64,000 nucleotides of DNA, from positions 33,104,299 to 33,168,298 of the forward strand of contig NC_068983.1 in assembly GCF_001194135.2 (NCBI RefSeq), written 5' to 3'. The position numbers and the translations under genes were made by a program. Source of the stretch: Octopus bimaculoides (taxonomy: Eukaryota). Positions 14,501-27,400 of the stretch are shown here, one piece after another (positions within the stretch are counted from its first letter, which is position 1; every line of letters starts with the position of its first letter). The notes under the pieces were generated by a model. That model did no database searches and was not told the DNA's origin. It worked only from the letters and a program-made list of their open reading frames with translations.

Positions 14501-17500
14501 TATAATGTCCATTTCCATGCTGTCATGGGTTGGATGGTTTGACAGGAGCTGGCAAGCCAGAGGGCTGTACCAGGCTTCTGTTGTCTGTTTTGACATGGTT
14601 TCTACAGCTGGATGCCTTTCCTAATGCCAAATTGTAAATTATCTGCATTACATATTATAGAATTGCTCCTCTATTCTAACCAAAATCAGTGAGAATTATT
14701 TCACAGAAGCACAAAGATAATACACAGGGATAAGGTGAGGAAGAGATTAAGATACAGAACTATCTACTCATGCATTGGGAATTCAAAATTAGTTATTGAT
14801 GCTTCTGTATGTTTCTTAGCAGAATATTTTATTCTATATTGCTTTAGTTTTTATTGCTGTCGAAAATAGGTCCCAAATCTCACAATGTTACCTTTAATAG
14901 ATAGGTGTCCCGTGAAAGGAACAATATGTCTTCAATACTTGACACTGAAATTCGATGGTTTCTGTTGTATTTATCCACGATCAACAGAGCAAGCAGACCT
15001 ATGATCTTTTAGGAAAGTGGCTATACACCATTAGGTGTATACCCGCTTCCGTACATTAAATTTCTAGAAGAAACAACGGAATGCAGATTCTGAACTATCA
15101 ACACAACAATATTTATTTACAGAGGAAATAGGCAGCACTTTGCCCATTTGGTTGCTGAGACGCCGTCAATGATGTTGGTGGTTATTTGTCTAGCTCCAGA
15201 GTTGGAATGTCGGAGAGAGACTGCTTGTACGTCTGAGCTCTCCGCCGGCCGGCGAGAAAAGAGAATGAAAAAGGGCGCGAAGCTTGAATATCGAATGACC
15301 ACGCATGCGCACGAGACTCTTCCTGTATCCCTTCCGGAACTAGTCCCTGCGCATACGTGGATAAGCTTTCCGGAATGTCTGCTATTAAGGCGTCACTACA
15401 ATCTAAAGGCATAAGAGTCATGATCATCCAGGCTAATTTGTATGATATATTTCTATCTCATTATCTACTGTACATTTTTTTAAAAATTAAAGCACCGATT
15501 TGTGATAAATTTGTTGGCTGCTGTATCTAGCAGATTAACTCGCCATGTTGTTCTTTTGTTGCTGCCGATTCAAATTTTTAGAAGAGAGAAAATAAGATCT
15601 TGTTGCATTTATGCATTTCCTTACAAATTAGCAATGCAACTGAAGTAAAACCCATTTGATTTGCGAATGAAGCAGTATCACCGAGTGAGCTTATCACAGG
15701 CGGAAACAACAAAAAACAGATAAAGAAGATTCTGCATGTTTGCTCAACTTACTAGAAATAACAGCCTACACCTGACTACCTTGATCAGTCTATGGCATCT
15801 CTGGTGCTCAACAACAAGCAAAACATTTCTGCTTTGAGATTCTCAAGTGGGGAGGATTAAAGAAAAGAATGTCTATGGCTTTTCCACAGTATAAAGTCAC
15901 TCAGACACGTTTCAGTTTCTAGCCTAAGCACACGGTATCCTCGATGGCTTTTCTACCACAACATAATGGGTTCTGCTTCCCAGAGCCTGGTTGGGGTTTA
16001 TGCCACCCCATCTCGGTCATTCCTGACCCACTTGTCTCTCCTCATCACTTTTGATGTAGCCAACTCCCAAACTAATCACTATGCCAAAATCTATCAACCC
16101 TAGTATGACAGCCTTCTCAAATTCCCTCTCTACCCTGTTTTTTCTGCAGATGTTGACTTACAAAAGATTCAAGTGAAACATTAAATGCATCACTCATTAC
16201 TCTAGGAGGGTCTGACGGCCATAAGCACTGGTTCATCCTTCAGCTCTGACAAATGTAATCAAGTAGATCCAATTGAAAATTGTCACTTCATGGCAATGCA
16301 TCCCTGATCCAATATAGGTATGTTTCAACAAATTAAACTGGATTACATACTCAAAGAGATTGTAAAAGGTTATTTGAATTAGCAAGAATAGCTTAATATC
16401 TACCAAATCCACTTTTTAAATGAGGGACAAGTTTAGATAATTAACCCTTTAGCATTTAAACCAGTCATATGTGGCCAAAAGATACTTGTTTAAACTTCAA
16501 ACCAACCATATTTAGCCTCTTACACCTACCCTACAATGTTGTTTTGAAAATAAACAATCACTGAAATCTCAAAGCTACGAGGTAGTACGTGATCAATTCA
16601 AAACTATGTGAATAAACAACCATTACATTTGACAATGTAATCTGAATGCTAAAGGGTTAAGGGGTTGATTTAATCCAACACCAAGCTGAATACTAGTACC
16701 TAGTTCTTGAGTAGTTTGAGCAGAGCCTACTCTGCTGCTAGAATCAAGCTACATCTTTCTGAAGATAACTTCTTCCCACAAGTCTCAGTTGCCCTGTAAA
16801 GATTCATAAGTGCTACTCTTCCTTACATGATTAAGTGAAAATAAGTGTACATATAGATGTATTATGTCTGAAAAAAATGCAATGATCACAGCTGGAATGC
16901 TTTTGACCATAGGCTTGGTCAATCAAGACTGACCTAGGGTTAAACAACACTATAAAGCTTACTTGGTCATATAATAACAGCTGTAATAGTAAATGTGATC
17001 TCTAGATGAGATAAAAAAAATAAAAGGAATAGAATTCATATTGCCTCAGTATACCATAAAGAACCAGAAGAAACATTCTTGACATTTCTTCCAATTCACT
17101 AAACTCTGCCAGCTCACCATTTTTAAACTAATCTATAATAATTTCTTTATCTTTAAAATTTATATTGATAGTGTATGAAGTGCGATAGTAGTGAAATGTG
17201 GAAAGACATGAACACTCAATGCAGAGGATTAGGGTTGGAGAGAAAGCATGCTTAGCTGGAGGTGTAATGTTGGTGTGAATGAAAGCTGTGATACGTATGA
17301 GCTAAGAGCTAAACTGAATAGAAGAAGAATAATTTTATGCATGAAAGCATGAAGGCTGCATTGGTAAATGACATGTAATAAAAAATGGAAGATAATGTAT
17401 GAGTAAAAATGTGCCAGGATATCAAAGTGGAAGGAAACTACGGAAGAGGTGGGCCATGACTGACAAGAGCACTAATGATGAAAGTGGATCTCAGAATGAT

Positions 17501-20500
17501 GAACCTCACGAAAGTAGTGACAAAAGAATGCAACATTTAGCAAGACAATGTGTTGGAGAGGACCTGTCTAATCTACACAAGCATGCAAAAATCATCATCA
17601 TCAATTTAGCACTCACTTTTCCATGTTTGCCTAAGAAGTCATTAAGGCAGATTTTCTATGACCAGATGCCCTTCCTGTCACCAATCCTCATTTGTTTCCA
17701 AATAAGGTAATATCTTTCCATTACTGGACAGGCTTTCATGAAAGATTGGAAACTAATGATACTGCTTGTATAATGGCTGCACTCATTTACAAAACAAACG
17801 GAAGTAACTAAATACAGCATAGCATTTTGTCATGCACTCAGCAGATTTGCCCATCCACCACCCATGTAAATATTTCTAACATGAGCACAATACCATGATT
17901 TTTTTTCAGGGAAGCGGGGAATTTTTTTCAACCCTAAAACTTTTATGATTTCTACAAGGATGATATAATTGACCTCAGCAGGATGTGAACTCAGTATGTA
18001 AGGAACCTGAATAAATATAACAATAACTGAATTGAGTAAAAATTACTTACACCATATACGATAAACTGGCCTGTAGAAACAGCAACTGCTTCCTGAAACA
18101 CCACAACAGTAAGCATTACCTGAAAAATATAGAAGATTCAAACATGTTAGGCACAAAAGAGAATATTAGAAGGAAAATTTAAAATTTATGCATGCAGCCA
18201 CTTGGGTGCAACATAGAGTAAGCTTGGCTAAAATTTGAGACAACTGGTTTTTGCTTATACTAAGTACAAGATATGTGATCAAAACACCATGTAATGGGAA
18301 GGATGCTGTTTAATTATACACAAGGTGAATCTATTTTGTTATGTTTTGGAATAATGTAAAGTAGCTGATATCGAAAGAGTAATTAAGATAGTGTAGTGAC
18401 TGGAACCTCAAGATAAATTGGCAGAAAAGAGATGAACAGGAGTCAACCAAAAATAGAATTTAAGTCATGGCTTCAACTGGTTCTGCAGGGCTCATTCCTA
18501 CAGAACATGATATATAACAATCATGAGCCAATGGAAGATGGAGTCACGGTGCAGTCACTTGCCCTGCTAGGAATAACAGTGAAATCACATTACATCCAGT
18601 TGGTGGGAGAAGGGACATTTAATGTCTGTTTTACCATTCTAGTACTAAAGTCTTCTTGAATAAAGTACCTTGCTATTATTTCAAGCTGGTTTGGTAACAG
18701 TATAAAGGACCCCTCCTTAGCTCAGTGCTTGGAGTTCAGTTCTATGGGATTACATCATTCTTCAGTATAGGCATTTGTTGTACTAAGAAAATAAGAGCGG
18801 ATTTGTTTTCTCCATTTTACTCCACTAAATTATGGAGATAAGTACCAACAAAAAAATGCTATTCATGGAAATAATCTGAATGAGCACAAAAATCCATCCA
18901 TTTTCTTTGCCTACTATTCCTGGGATGGTTGTGGGAGTCAAATCCTCAAGGAACCACCTTTATAGGGTCCTATCTGAAGCAACTGCCATTGCACTTTCCA
19001 GATGGATTCCCAAGTGTGCCTAGCCAAGATAATCTAGGATATTATCTAATCATCGCATTTTTTGCTCACTCCTTGGGTTTCACACCAGTTGTTTCAGTTT
19101 GTAGAATTTGTCCTGCAATTCTTTCCTGCAAAATTCTAAACACGTTCATAGTACCAGAGCTATGAATTCTTAATGCGAAATAGTGGCTGGACTTGGATCT
19201 CCTAGCTATCCACCTAATCAGAAGTCCATGGGTTAAATTTCCAGCAAAAATTTAATTCTATGTTAATTTTCTGTTGACAATTTCTCTCAAATTCCTTTAA
19301 GATGACAAATCTCACAAGGAGCAAAATTGGTTTCATTTTCAACTAACAAAATATAATAAAAACATGACAAGAGATATCATCTATGGGATTACATCATTCT
19401 TTGGTATAAGCTGAAAATAAATGCCATGGTGAAGTGAAGTTCACTTATTACATACATCTCTGTATCTACAAACATACACATTATACACACGTTACACATT
19501 CATAGTTATTGTTTTAAAAGCTGCAGACCAATAAACTGGACTGATTTCTGTCCGTGACATTTTTGGAAGCCAACTTCTATAAAGTAAATCTTATATTTAA
19601 GCAACGTTTATGATTTCTCCAAATCTTAGCCAACAGAATTGACAGAATAACTAAATTGGCATTTCATTATCAACATTTAACCCTTTAGTGTTCAGATTAC
19701 TCTGTTAAATGTAATACTTTTTCACTCAAATTGTTTTGAATTAATCATGCATTATCTTGTAGCTTTGAGGTTTCAATGATGCGATTGTTTATTTTTAGAA
19801 TGTCAATGTAGGTTAGGTGTGAGAGGCTAGATATCACCAGTTTGAATATAAAACGTAGAATATTTGGGTTGGATATGGTCGGTTTAAACACTAAAGGGTT
19901 AAAGGCCATTTTACATGGTGGCATGCGTTGGATGGTTTGACAGGAGTAAGGAAGCCAGAGGACTGCACCAGGCTTCAGTCATCTGTTTTGGCATGGTTCC
20001 AACAGTTGGATACCATTCCTAATGCTAACCACTTTACAGAGTGTACTGGGTGATTTTTATATGGTGCTGGCACAGGTGCTTTTCTACATGGCACCAGCAT
20101 AGGTGCATTTTATGTGGAGCCAGCACAGGTGCTCTTTCTGTGAATCCAGCATGGACGCTCTTTCTGTAAAGCCAGTAACCACAAGGTTACCAAGCAACTT
20201 GCAAGACAAGGATGTTTCAGCTAAGAGAGGAAGAAAAACCAAGTCAACTGGCAATGAGCTAGGCAAGAGGTTAACTCATAACCAAGAGACAGAGGTAGCT
20301 ATCTTACTACAGAGGAGATACTTGGTTATTACAGTAACAAAAGGAAGCAGAGGGAGGTGAGAGATAGAAAGAGAAAGAGTGAAGGTAAGAGAGAGAGAGA
20401 GAGAGAGAGAGGGAACAGTTGGGGAGTACAGAAATATGTATGTGAGAGGGGAAGTGGGGGTGTTATGACCATAAAGGACATGTTTGTATGTATAGATGGC

Positions 20501-23500
20501 CATAATTTTACTGAGCTTGAAGTGTTTTCTGAAGCATAGCAAATCATCAAATATAATTTCAAAAGTCTTACAAGCTGAAAATAAATGCCATGGTCAAGAG
20601 CAGTTCCCTGATTACAGACATCGCTATATCGATAAACATACACATTATACACATGTGTTACACATTTTATAGTTATTGTACGTTCTTTTATTTTTTCTGC
20701 TTTATATTTATACGTTTTTCCAGTCAAGCCTACCCTCCTGTTCACACACAAAAAAACTTTAATTTGTCAATACGTCATTAGGTTCCAGGATGACCTTATA
20801 TCTACCCCAAGGTTTAAAAACGGATAGCCTCAACCATATTGAATCTTGACACCTTATGAAGACAAAAATCTTTACTCTTTTCTAATGATCCACTGTCATT
20901 ACGGTGGAGGCGCAACGGCCCAGTGGTTGGGGCAGCGGACTCGTGGTCATAGCATCGCGGTTTCGATTCCCAGACCGGGCATTGTGAGTGTTTATTGAGC
21001 AAAAACACCTAAAGCTGCACGAGGCTCCAGCAGGGGATGGTGGCGAACCCTGCTGTACTCTTTCACCACAACTTTCTCTCACTCTTACTTCCTGTTTCTG
21101 TTGTGCCTGTAATTCAAAGGGTCAGCCTTGTCACACTGTGTCACGCTGAATATCCCCGAGAACTACGTTAAGGGTACACATGTCTGTGGAGTGCTCAGCC
21201 ATTTGCACATTAATTTCACGGGCAGGCTGTTCCATTGATTGGATCGACTGGAACCCTCGACGTCGTAAGTGACAGAGTGCCAACTGTCATTACAAAAGCA
21301 CTCAATGATCTGCACCCTATTAGTTGAAACTCCCGTTTTGACAATTTAACTTAAGTACTTAGTTAAAACCTCATCCTTATTTGAAATTTTCAGATTATTA
21401 ATTTTATCTTTCAGGAGTCTTATTTCTCAACCACAAGGTCCAGTCCTTGTTGTAGTTTGTTGGCTTGTTTGCCTCAGTGACCAAGAGCTATATTACTGGG
21501 GAAGAAGTTCCTGGTAGGACTTCCCATGATGGACAAGTCAAAGAATTGAAACCAGATTAACATGAACCACATCCCAAAGATGAAAATAGCTTTGTTTAGG
21601 GTCAACATTCCTACTCAGAAGAAGGAAAAAAGGAAAGTTAGAGAAGCATTGATGGCAATTCAAAACCAACAAAACTTGGGAGAGGAACGTCTTCCTTCAA
21701 GTCCTTCAAGATGGGACACTGAGGAAGAGCTGGAAAAGCAGAAATTCAAATGGAAAGAAGCAGAAAAGGCAGCCCAAGGTCAAGAACAGTAGAGAAATAT
21801 TGTCTATGGCCAACATTCCATGGGAAGAACTTAATGGAATAGAAATCAATATGCTAGGTTGAGAGGAGAGGTATATATTATATCAAAGTTTAAATTCAAC
21901 TGAGTGTCACCCTTAGTTGAACTATGGGTGAAACTCAGAGTAGACTGTCAACTTTACTATAATATATAAAAGTATTGTTCATATTATACATTTATCAACT
22001 TACCAGTACATAGAAAGGTACCACAAGTAATCGAAGCCTGTGTAAAAGAGAAAACAAAATAAACAGGAACTCGTTAATAGAAATTAAATAAATAAATGAA
22101 TAATATCTGATATTGCTTTAAAACAAGAACAACAAAATATTAAATTTGAATGTATTAACTAAAGCAGTTGCAACTGAAATTATTTTTGAGAAATATTGAA
22201 ATATTAATATTGCACATGAAAAAACAGTTTTAAATCATCCGAATTGTAGTGAACTTAGGAAGGATATATTAGACATCCTTGATAACATCTAAAGCAGTGG
22301 TTCTCAACCATATTTTGTTTACGGAACCTCTTTGATTCCTACTTTACTGGACTTTCATAGCCATTCACTATATATAAAAACAAATTTTGCTGTATTTTTA
22401 TAATTAAATATTATTAAGAATTGTAAAAAAAAAAATTTTTATATTTTGTGTATTGTAGAAATGTAAGTCATTGCACATAAATTTTAACAACAAAATCATG
22501 TATGGAACCTCAACCCGACTGAATGGTATGAAGTTTCATCATATGTTAAGCATGGAGCGATTCTTATTGGAAGAGATATATCGTCATCATCATCATCATC
22601 GTTTAACATCTGCTTTCCATGCTAGCATGGGTTGGACGATTTGACTGAGGACTGGTGAACCAGATGGTTATACCAGGTTCCAGTCTGATTTGGCAGAGTT
22701 TCTACAGCTGGATGCCCTTCCTAACGCCAACCACTCCAAGAGTTTAGTGGGTGCTTTTACATGCCACCGGCACGAAGGCCTGTCAGGAGGTACTGGCAAC
22801 GGCCGCGCTCGAAATGGTGTATTTTACGTGCCACCTGCACAGGAGCCAGTCCAGCGGGACTGGCAACGAACACGCTCGAATGTCTTACTCCATATGCATG
22901 ATGCAATGAAGACTGGAATGAAATTCGTTAAAGAAAGTTCAAAAATAGTTTTTAGATCAAAGATCTGGGCTAAGAGTATGCAAATATGAAGGTTGACTGA
23001 AAAGTCCTTAAACTGACCAAGATACTCTCATAGAAGCTAACCAAATGAGGTTTATTTTTCAACATTAGTCCTCCTTGCAGTTTTCACACTTCTTCCAATG
23101 GTGTTGCAGTGTTGGATCCCATTAAGGAAGAAGCTTTCATCCTGTTGGTCAAAACAGTCAACAAAAGATATGACATCATCGCCACTGTGATACTAGTTCC
23201 CAATCAAATGAATTTTTTTTTTTTATGTGGGGGAACAGATCATAGTTGGATGAGATTAAATCATGGAAATAAGGAGGGTGATCAATCAGTTCAAAGCCAC
23301 AATCACACACAGCAACCATTGAAATGAACTTGTGTACAGGAGCATTGTCCTGATGAGACGAGACCCCTTTTTGTCAGTTTTCTGGGTGTTTAGTCTTGAT
23401 AGCCTTTCATAACTGCTTCAGCAAGTTGGCATGTACTTTCCGTTGGTAGTGTAGTCCTTTTGAAGATAGTTGAAACTGAGCTAGCATGTGTTAGATTAGA

Positions 23501-26500
23501 ACCATCCAGCCAGTCACAACCATCATCAGCAGGGATATTAGTTGAAGTAGAATCAGACCTCTGACTGTTACTACCAACTCTTTTCTGGTGCCAGAGCTGT
23601 AGGTGACGAGCGACCTGCTGTCTATTCTGCTTACGTAGTGGAGGTGCAATAGCCCAGTGGTTAGGGCAGCGGACTCGCGGTCATAGGATCTCGGTTTCGA
23701 TTCCCAGACCAGGCGTTGTGAGTGTTTATTGAGCAAAAACACCTAAAGTTCCACGAGACTTCGGCAGGGGATGGTGGTGAGCCCTGCTGTACTCTTTCAC
23801 CACAACTTTCTCTCACTCTTACTTCCTGTTTCTGTTGTGCCAGTAATTCAAAGGGCCAGCCTTGTCACACTGTGTCATGCTGAATCTCCCCGAGAACTAC
23901 GTTAGGGGTATACGTGTCTGTGGAGTGCTCAGCCACTTGCATGCTAATTTAACGAGCAGGCTGTTCCGTTGATCGGATCAACTGGAGCCCTTGTCGTCGT
24001 AACCGACAGAGTGCCAACATTCTGCTTACGTTCATCTTCACTTAGAGTGAGCATTCTATTAAGTGGTGGTGATGGTGAAGCCCCATTCTGGATTGGAATT
24101 GCAGACTGTGAACTCACATTGCCAGAAGTGCCATTCTTAGCAAATACATCAGAAAATCTTGGAGAATTTATGCGGTGCTGGCAACCATTGGTGTGCATAG
24201 AAATCTGACATAGAATGAGTCATGCCATGTTTATCATGTGGAGGGTTTTTAGAAGTGTGACCTATAATGTTGTTTAACATGTCAATGAGGTTTTGTAGGT
24301 TTTTCAGCTATAGCAACAGAATCCATTGTAGCAGTTCCTGGGACAGTCAAAGATAGTTTTCTACCATCATTGCTTAAACTAATAGATAGGGATCCATGTA
24401 ATTTCCCTTCTTCTCTGTGGCCTTTAGATTTTGTTGACACAATGCCTTTTGCATCCCAAAAGACTGAGGCCATCACCTTCCCAGCAGATAACACAACCTT
24501 AGCCTTCGTCGGAGAAGGTGAGGAGTTTTCCACTGCATGGATTGTCTATCTCTGGTTCAAAGTGATAACTCCAACACTCAACCTGGGTTTTAGAAATGTT
24601 CAAGGAAACCAGCTGGATCTGCCTCAAACAATGCCAGGTTTTCCCCAATGATATGATCAACCCGGTGTGCTTTTGATCAGGTGTCAGAAGACATGGCATC
24701 CACCAAGCAGAAACCTTCATTATGTCACATTCATGATGCCAAATATTCGCAACTCTTTCATGAGATATGCTACTAGCATTGGCTCCTTGATTTATAGTCA
24801 GTTGCCTGCCATCCTTCATCATGTGACTGGATGTCCAAACTTAGGATCATCTTTACGACACTCCCTTACCCTCCTAAATTCAGCTGCCCACTTTTGCACT
24901 GTTGATAAAGCTGGAATGTTATTCCCTAATGTAGCAACAGGTCATGATGAATATTGTTGGGGGTTAAACTCTTGGCGAAGGTAAAGAATACACACACCCA
25001 GTATTTAGGATAAGGGTTATCCTAAACACTGGGTGGTGTGCGTATTCTTTACCTCCCCCTAAACTCTTTTTCAGCAGGTACTTGATAACACTGCCAAATT
25101 TTGTCCCTTTTTAAGCGAAGTCCTTATTAGGGGGGTTTTGTAGTCGTCTGTGAAGAGTCAGATGTCAGTTTACCTGGAAAGAAACAATGCAGTCATTAAT
25201 AAGATTTCACAGCTCGAGCATCCCTCGAATAGAAAAAAATCAAATCATCAAACTATATTTGTATATGAAGTAGTATTTAATAAGTTGGGTTAGCGAAGCC
25301 TGGAGCAGAAACAGACACACGGCAGCCTGTGAGATTTTATGAATGGCATGGAGATCTCAAGGACACAGTGAGGAACGCATGCGCCTGGCTCCGCGGAGCC
25401 GTCTTGAGGTCATTATCGAGGCTGAAGGAAGTTACTTTAAGTATACAGTTATCTCCCAGCCATAATCTAGTTGATACATGTTCGATTTTTTTTTTCTTTT
25501 AAATACGTTTACTTTTGGATGGAATATTGTTTTCTTTTCCTTTTACACAAACTGTCAAATTTAGCCCTGTACATTGTGTGTAATATTCGGAAATGAACAA
25601 CTGAACCCCTAAATGACTAACATGCTTGTTAAATATTTAGCCATTTAGAATCATTTTAATAAAAATTCAAAGTAAAATCATTTTACGTCCTGAAGCAAGA
25701 TTTCCCCATTTAAACCTATTCTTAAAACAAGGTGACCACGTTGGGTTCATTTATTTATATATTTTTTTATGACGAGGAAACTTCTGATAACCATTTCGCT
25801 TTGCAGTGTTTAATTTTAGTGCTGATTTTTTCAAACACGCCCTATATCATTTATCTGATATTACATCTGATAAAACAAAAACTAATACTTTGTCACACAA
25901 CTATAACCATCTAACGTTAGTCAAATTCAGATTTGGGAACTGCAAAATATTTTAGACGCCCTCTTCCGACCCAGCTTGTTTGTCATTGGAGATAGTTTTA
26001 GATGTAATTAAACATTTTGCACTACTAGTATTGTAGATATTTTTGTATTGTTCATTATGGGGTCATTATTCTTCATAGATAAGAAAGAGTGATTATAGAG
26101 ATTTAGCCGTGAATGTTAACAGGTCGATCAACCGTAGAGACGTTTCATTATGAAATAAACATAAATGTGAATAGAAAAAACACGGTAAATATTAACTACA
26201 GCAAAAATATCCCTATGACAAACTTCCGCAACATGCCATTAAAAAAATCCGGAGTTGCCAAATTCCATCCATCCATAGATGAAAGGGAAAATTGATCTCT
26301 TCCAGCATTTTTGAGTATCCTTCTTTCATACAACGGAAACTACGGTTTTTTACGATTTCATTTAATTATTTTCAAAAGTTTTGTGACAATGAAAGATAAA
26401 AAGGATCTCAGCGGGATTTGAACCCAGAATGTAAAGAGCCTATCAAATACAGAAATAGTTCAAAACTGATTTCGTAAAGTTTCTGTTTGAAAAGCATGAT

Positions 26501-27126
26501 GTAACCGGACGTGGAGCGGTGATCCTACATTTTAACAAATCGAGTTTAAAACTGCCAGCGAATAAATATTGAGTATTGATTAGTATTACTGTATTATTCA
26601 CTTATGTTTTAATGTCAATGATTAATAACATATAGGTTAAAGTTATTTATTGAAAAGTTGGAACAATTTTTTCTCCCAGCAACTAAGTTTGTTTTGTTTC
26701 TCAAAACGAAATACCGGCAACAAAAGTAAATATAAAATATGTTCAAATATATTTAATTATAACAAGAAATATATTTCGTACACTCAAGACGTGTTCAAAA
26801 CACCCTTATCCTACTGTTCTTTAATTAGATATCAACGAAAGTATTCCAAAATTTAACAGTATCGTATTTTGTCAGACAGTTTAGGTATCTTTTTTTAATG
26901 AGTTTGGAGAGATTTGACTGTTATTTTTAGCACGAGAAACCGCATCAAGACTACCATAGTACGTCGTCTGTTCTGACTGCGTTAAAAAATGACGGGACGG
27001 GGTTCAACATTCCAATAACGAACGCAATTAATAAACAAATGAATATAAACTTACCTCCACGATAGTTGCAAAGTTGAGAAAAATAAGTGGAAAAGCTCCG
27101 TAGGCGAGTGAAAGACTTCCAAACAT
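5550..27126 (-). CDS. WBP1/VOPP1-family single-pass membrane protein, 5 coding exons, 140 aa: MFGSLSLAYGAFPLIFLNFATIVEASITCGTFLCTGNAYCCGVSGSSCCFYRPVYRIWWFWFVWSLIFLGIISCSYLCYKRKYRNNQIIRATRVYGPPPNQPGAYVVGPYQGYNVPVQPLTTNPVAPPPYKMQAPPYTPN
   Basis: Exons 27055-27126, 22004-22037, 18051-18119, 9052-9272 and 5550-5576 all have GT-AG boundaries. Intron phases 0,1,1,0 join them into one 423-nt frame. The architecture matches WBP1/VOPP1: signal peptide, C..C...CCG...CC ectodomain, WWFWFVW start of the TM helix, basic stop-transfer, Pro/Tyr-rich tail with PPPY. The exact orthologue cannot be assigned. Confidence 0.88.
6478..6695. mobile_element. piggyBac-like MITE (TTAA|CCCTTTAGC...GCTAAAG)
   Basis: Same ~220-bp family as 16441-16659 and 19677-19902; the right end is decayed. 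Confidence 0.6.
7735..8010 (-). mobile_element. RTE-type 3' tail repeat
   Basis: Reverse complement of the 3600-3847 tail. Further copies at 14490-14630, 19910-20120, 22585-22900, 52570-52830, 53400-53540 and 57985-58235. Confidence 0.8.
9052..9272 (-). CDS. Exon 4 (TM helix and PY-rich tail)
   Basis: Lies within ORF 9022..9288. Acceptor tttatattttcag|, donor ATG|GTAAGA. Confidence 0.9.
9488..9559 (-). mobile_element. Minimal tRNA-only SINE / tRNA pseudogene with (AAT)n tail
   Basis: GGGCATATGGCGTAGTGG (A box), GTTCGATTC (B box), (AAT)n tail, 8-bp TSD atagtcat. The acceptor stem does not pair. Confidence 0.75.
10290..10523 (-). mobile_element. tRNA-derived SINE family C, near consensus
   Basis: Reverse complement of the 4765-4975 family; adjacent (TG)n. 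Confidence 0.85.
15008..15400 (-). mobile_element. Solo LTR (393 bp) related to the short LTR at 46.5-50.2 kb, in intron 3
   Basis: Starts TGTAGTGACG on minus and ends in the same terminal hairpin. Shares acgcatgcgcac, gccggcgagaaaagagaatgaa and aacggaa..actatcaac blocks. 4-bp TSD ATCT (15004-15007 / 15401-15404). Confidence 0.8.
16441..16659. mobile_element. piggyBac-like MITE
   Basis: ttaaccc(t)tttagcatt ... aatgctaaagggttaa terminal inverted repeats with TTAA. Confidence 0.75.
17220..17520 (+). mobile_element. Degenerate RTE LINE 3' fragment
   Basis: Decayed similarity to 2995-3270 (gtggaaggaaactacggaagagg). Confidence 0.5.
18051..18119 (-). CDS. Exon 3 (GNAYCCGVSGSSCCFYRPVYRIW)
   Basis: Acceptor tatttttcag|, donor T|GTAAGT. 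The trailing T plus GG from exon 4 gives Trp. Confidence 0.88.
19677..19902. mobile_element. piggyBac-like MITE
   Basis: ttaaccctttagtgtt ... aacactaaagggttaa. Confidence 0.75.
20903..21282 (+). mobile_element. Young full-length tRNA-derived SINE (family A, 380 bp)
   Basis: A box TGGCCCAGTGG-like, B box GTTTCGATTCC, 11-bp TSD actgtcattac. Confidence 0.92.
22004..22037 (-). CDS. Exon 2, 34-nt micro-exon (ASITCGTFLCT+G)
   Basis: Acceptor ctcttttacacag|, donor G|GTAAGT. Phase 0 to 1 bridges exons 1 and 3 exactly. Confidence 0.82.
22985..24975 (-). mobile_element. Decayed mariner transposon interrupted by a SINE and other insertions
   Basis: Fragments read WMPCLLTPDQK (WVPRLL-like), SAGKVMASVFWDAKGIV and PRKLTKRGL..QDNA-like. 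TIR-like TA-tgaaggttgactgaaaagt at 22985. Confidence 0.8.
23637..24018 (+). mobile_element. Young full-length SINE family A (382 bp) nested in the mariner
   Basis: 13-bp TSD attctgcttacgt; highly similar to 20903-21282. Confidence 0.92.
27055..27126 (-). CDS. Exon 1 (signal peptide MFGSLSLAYGAFPLIFLNFATIVE)
   Basis: ATG at 27126-27124, 24 hydrophobic codons, donor GAG|GTAAGT, phase 0. Confidence 0.8.
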
Positions 27127-27199
27127 TTTAAATTTAAAGAAACACAATATCCCAGTAATTAAAATGTCAATACAATATTTATATAAATGATATAGTACA

Positions 27200-27400
27200 A
27201 CCTAACTAGAATAATATACACGAAACACACACACAAAACAAAAACGAGTCGAGATGCTTTTGCGTCGTATAAAAAAAAATGTAAATAAAGAACTCTGAGT
27301 GAACGTGAAAGTTACTCCAGAAACAATAAATAGATAAATAAATGTTATTTTAATCGCTAACGATTGGTCAATTCATTTATCCTCTGATGTATGTGCGCGT
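27200..27400 (-). promoter_or_regulatory. Putative promoter / 5' UTR region of the gene
   Basis: Immediately upstream of the ATG, locally more CpG, CCAAT on minus at 27367-27363. The TSS cannot be determined. Confidence 0.35.

Noticed and set aside
15121-15147. ATG-MGKVLPISS followed by a GT donor in a CpG-rich, NRF1/ETS-motif region, first read as the gene's first exon or promoter
   Set aside because: Its phase is incompatible with exon 4, better exons exist upstream, and the region is a solo LTR with a TSD.
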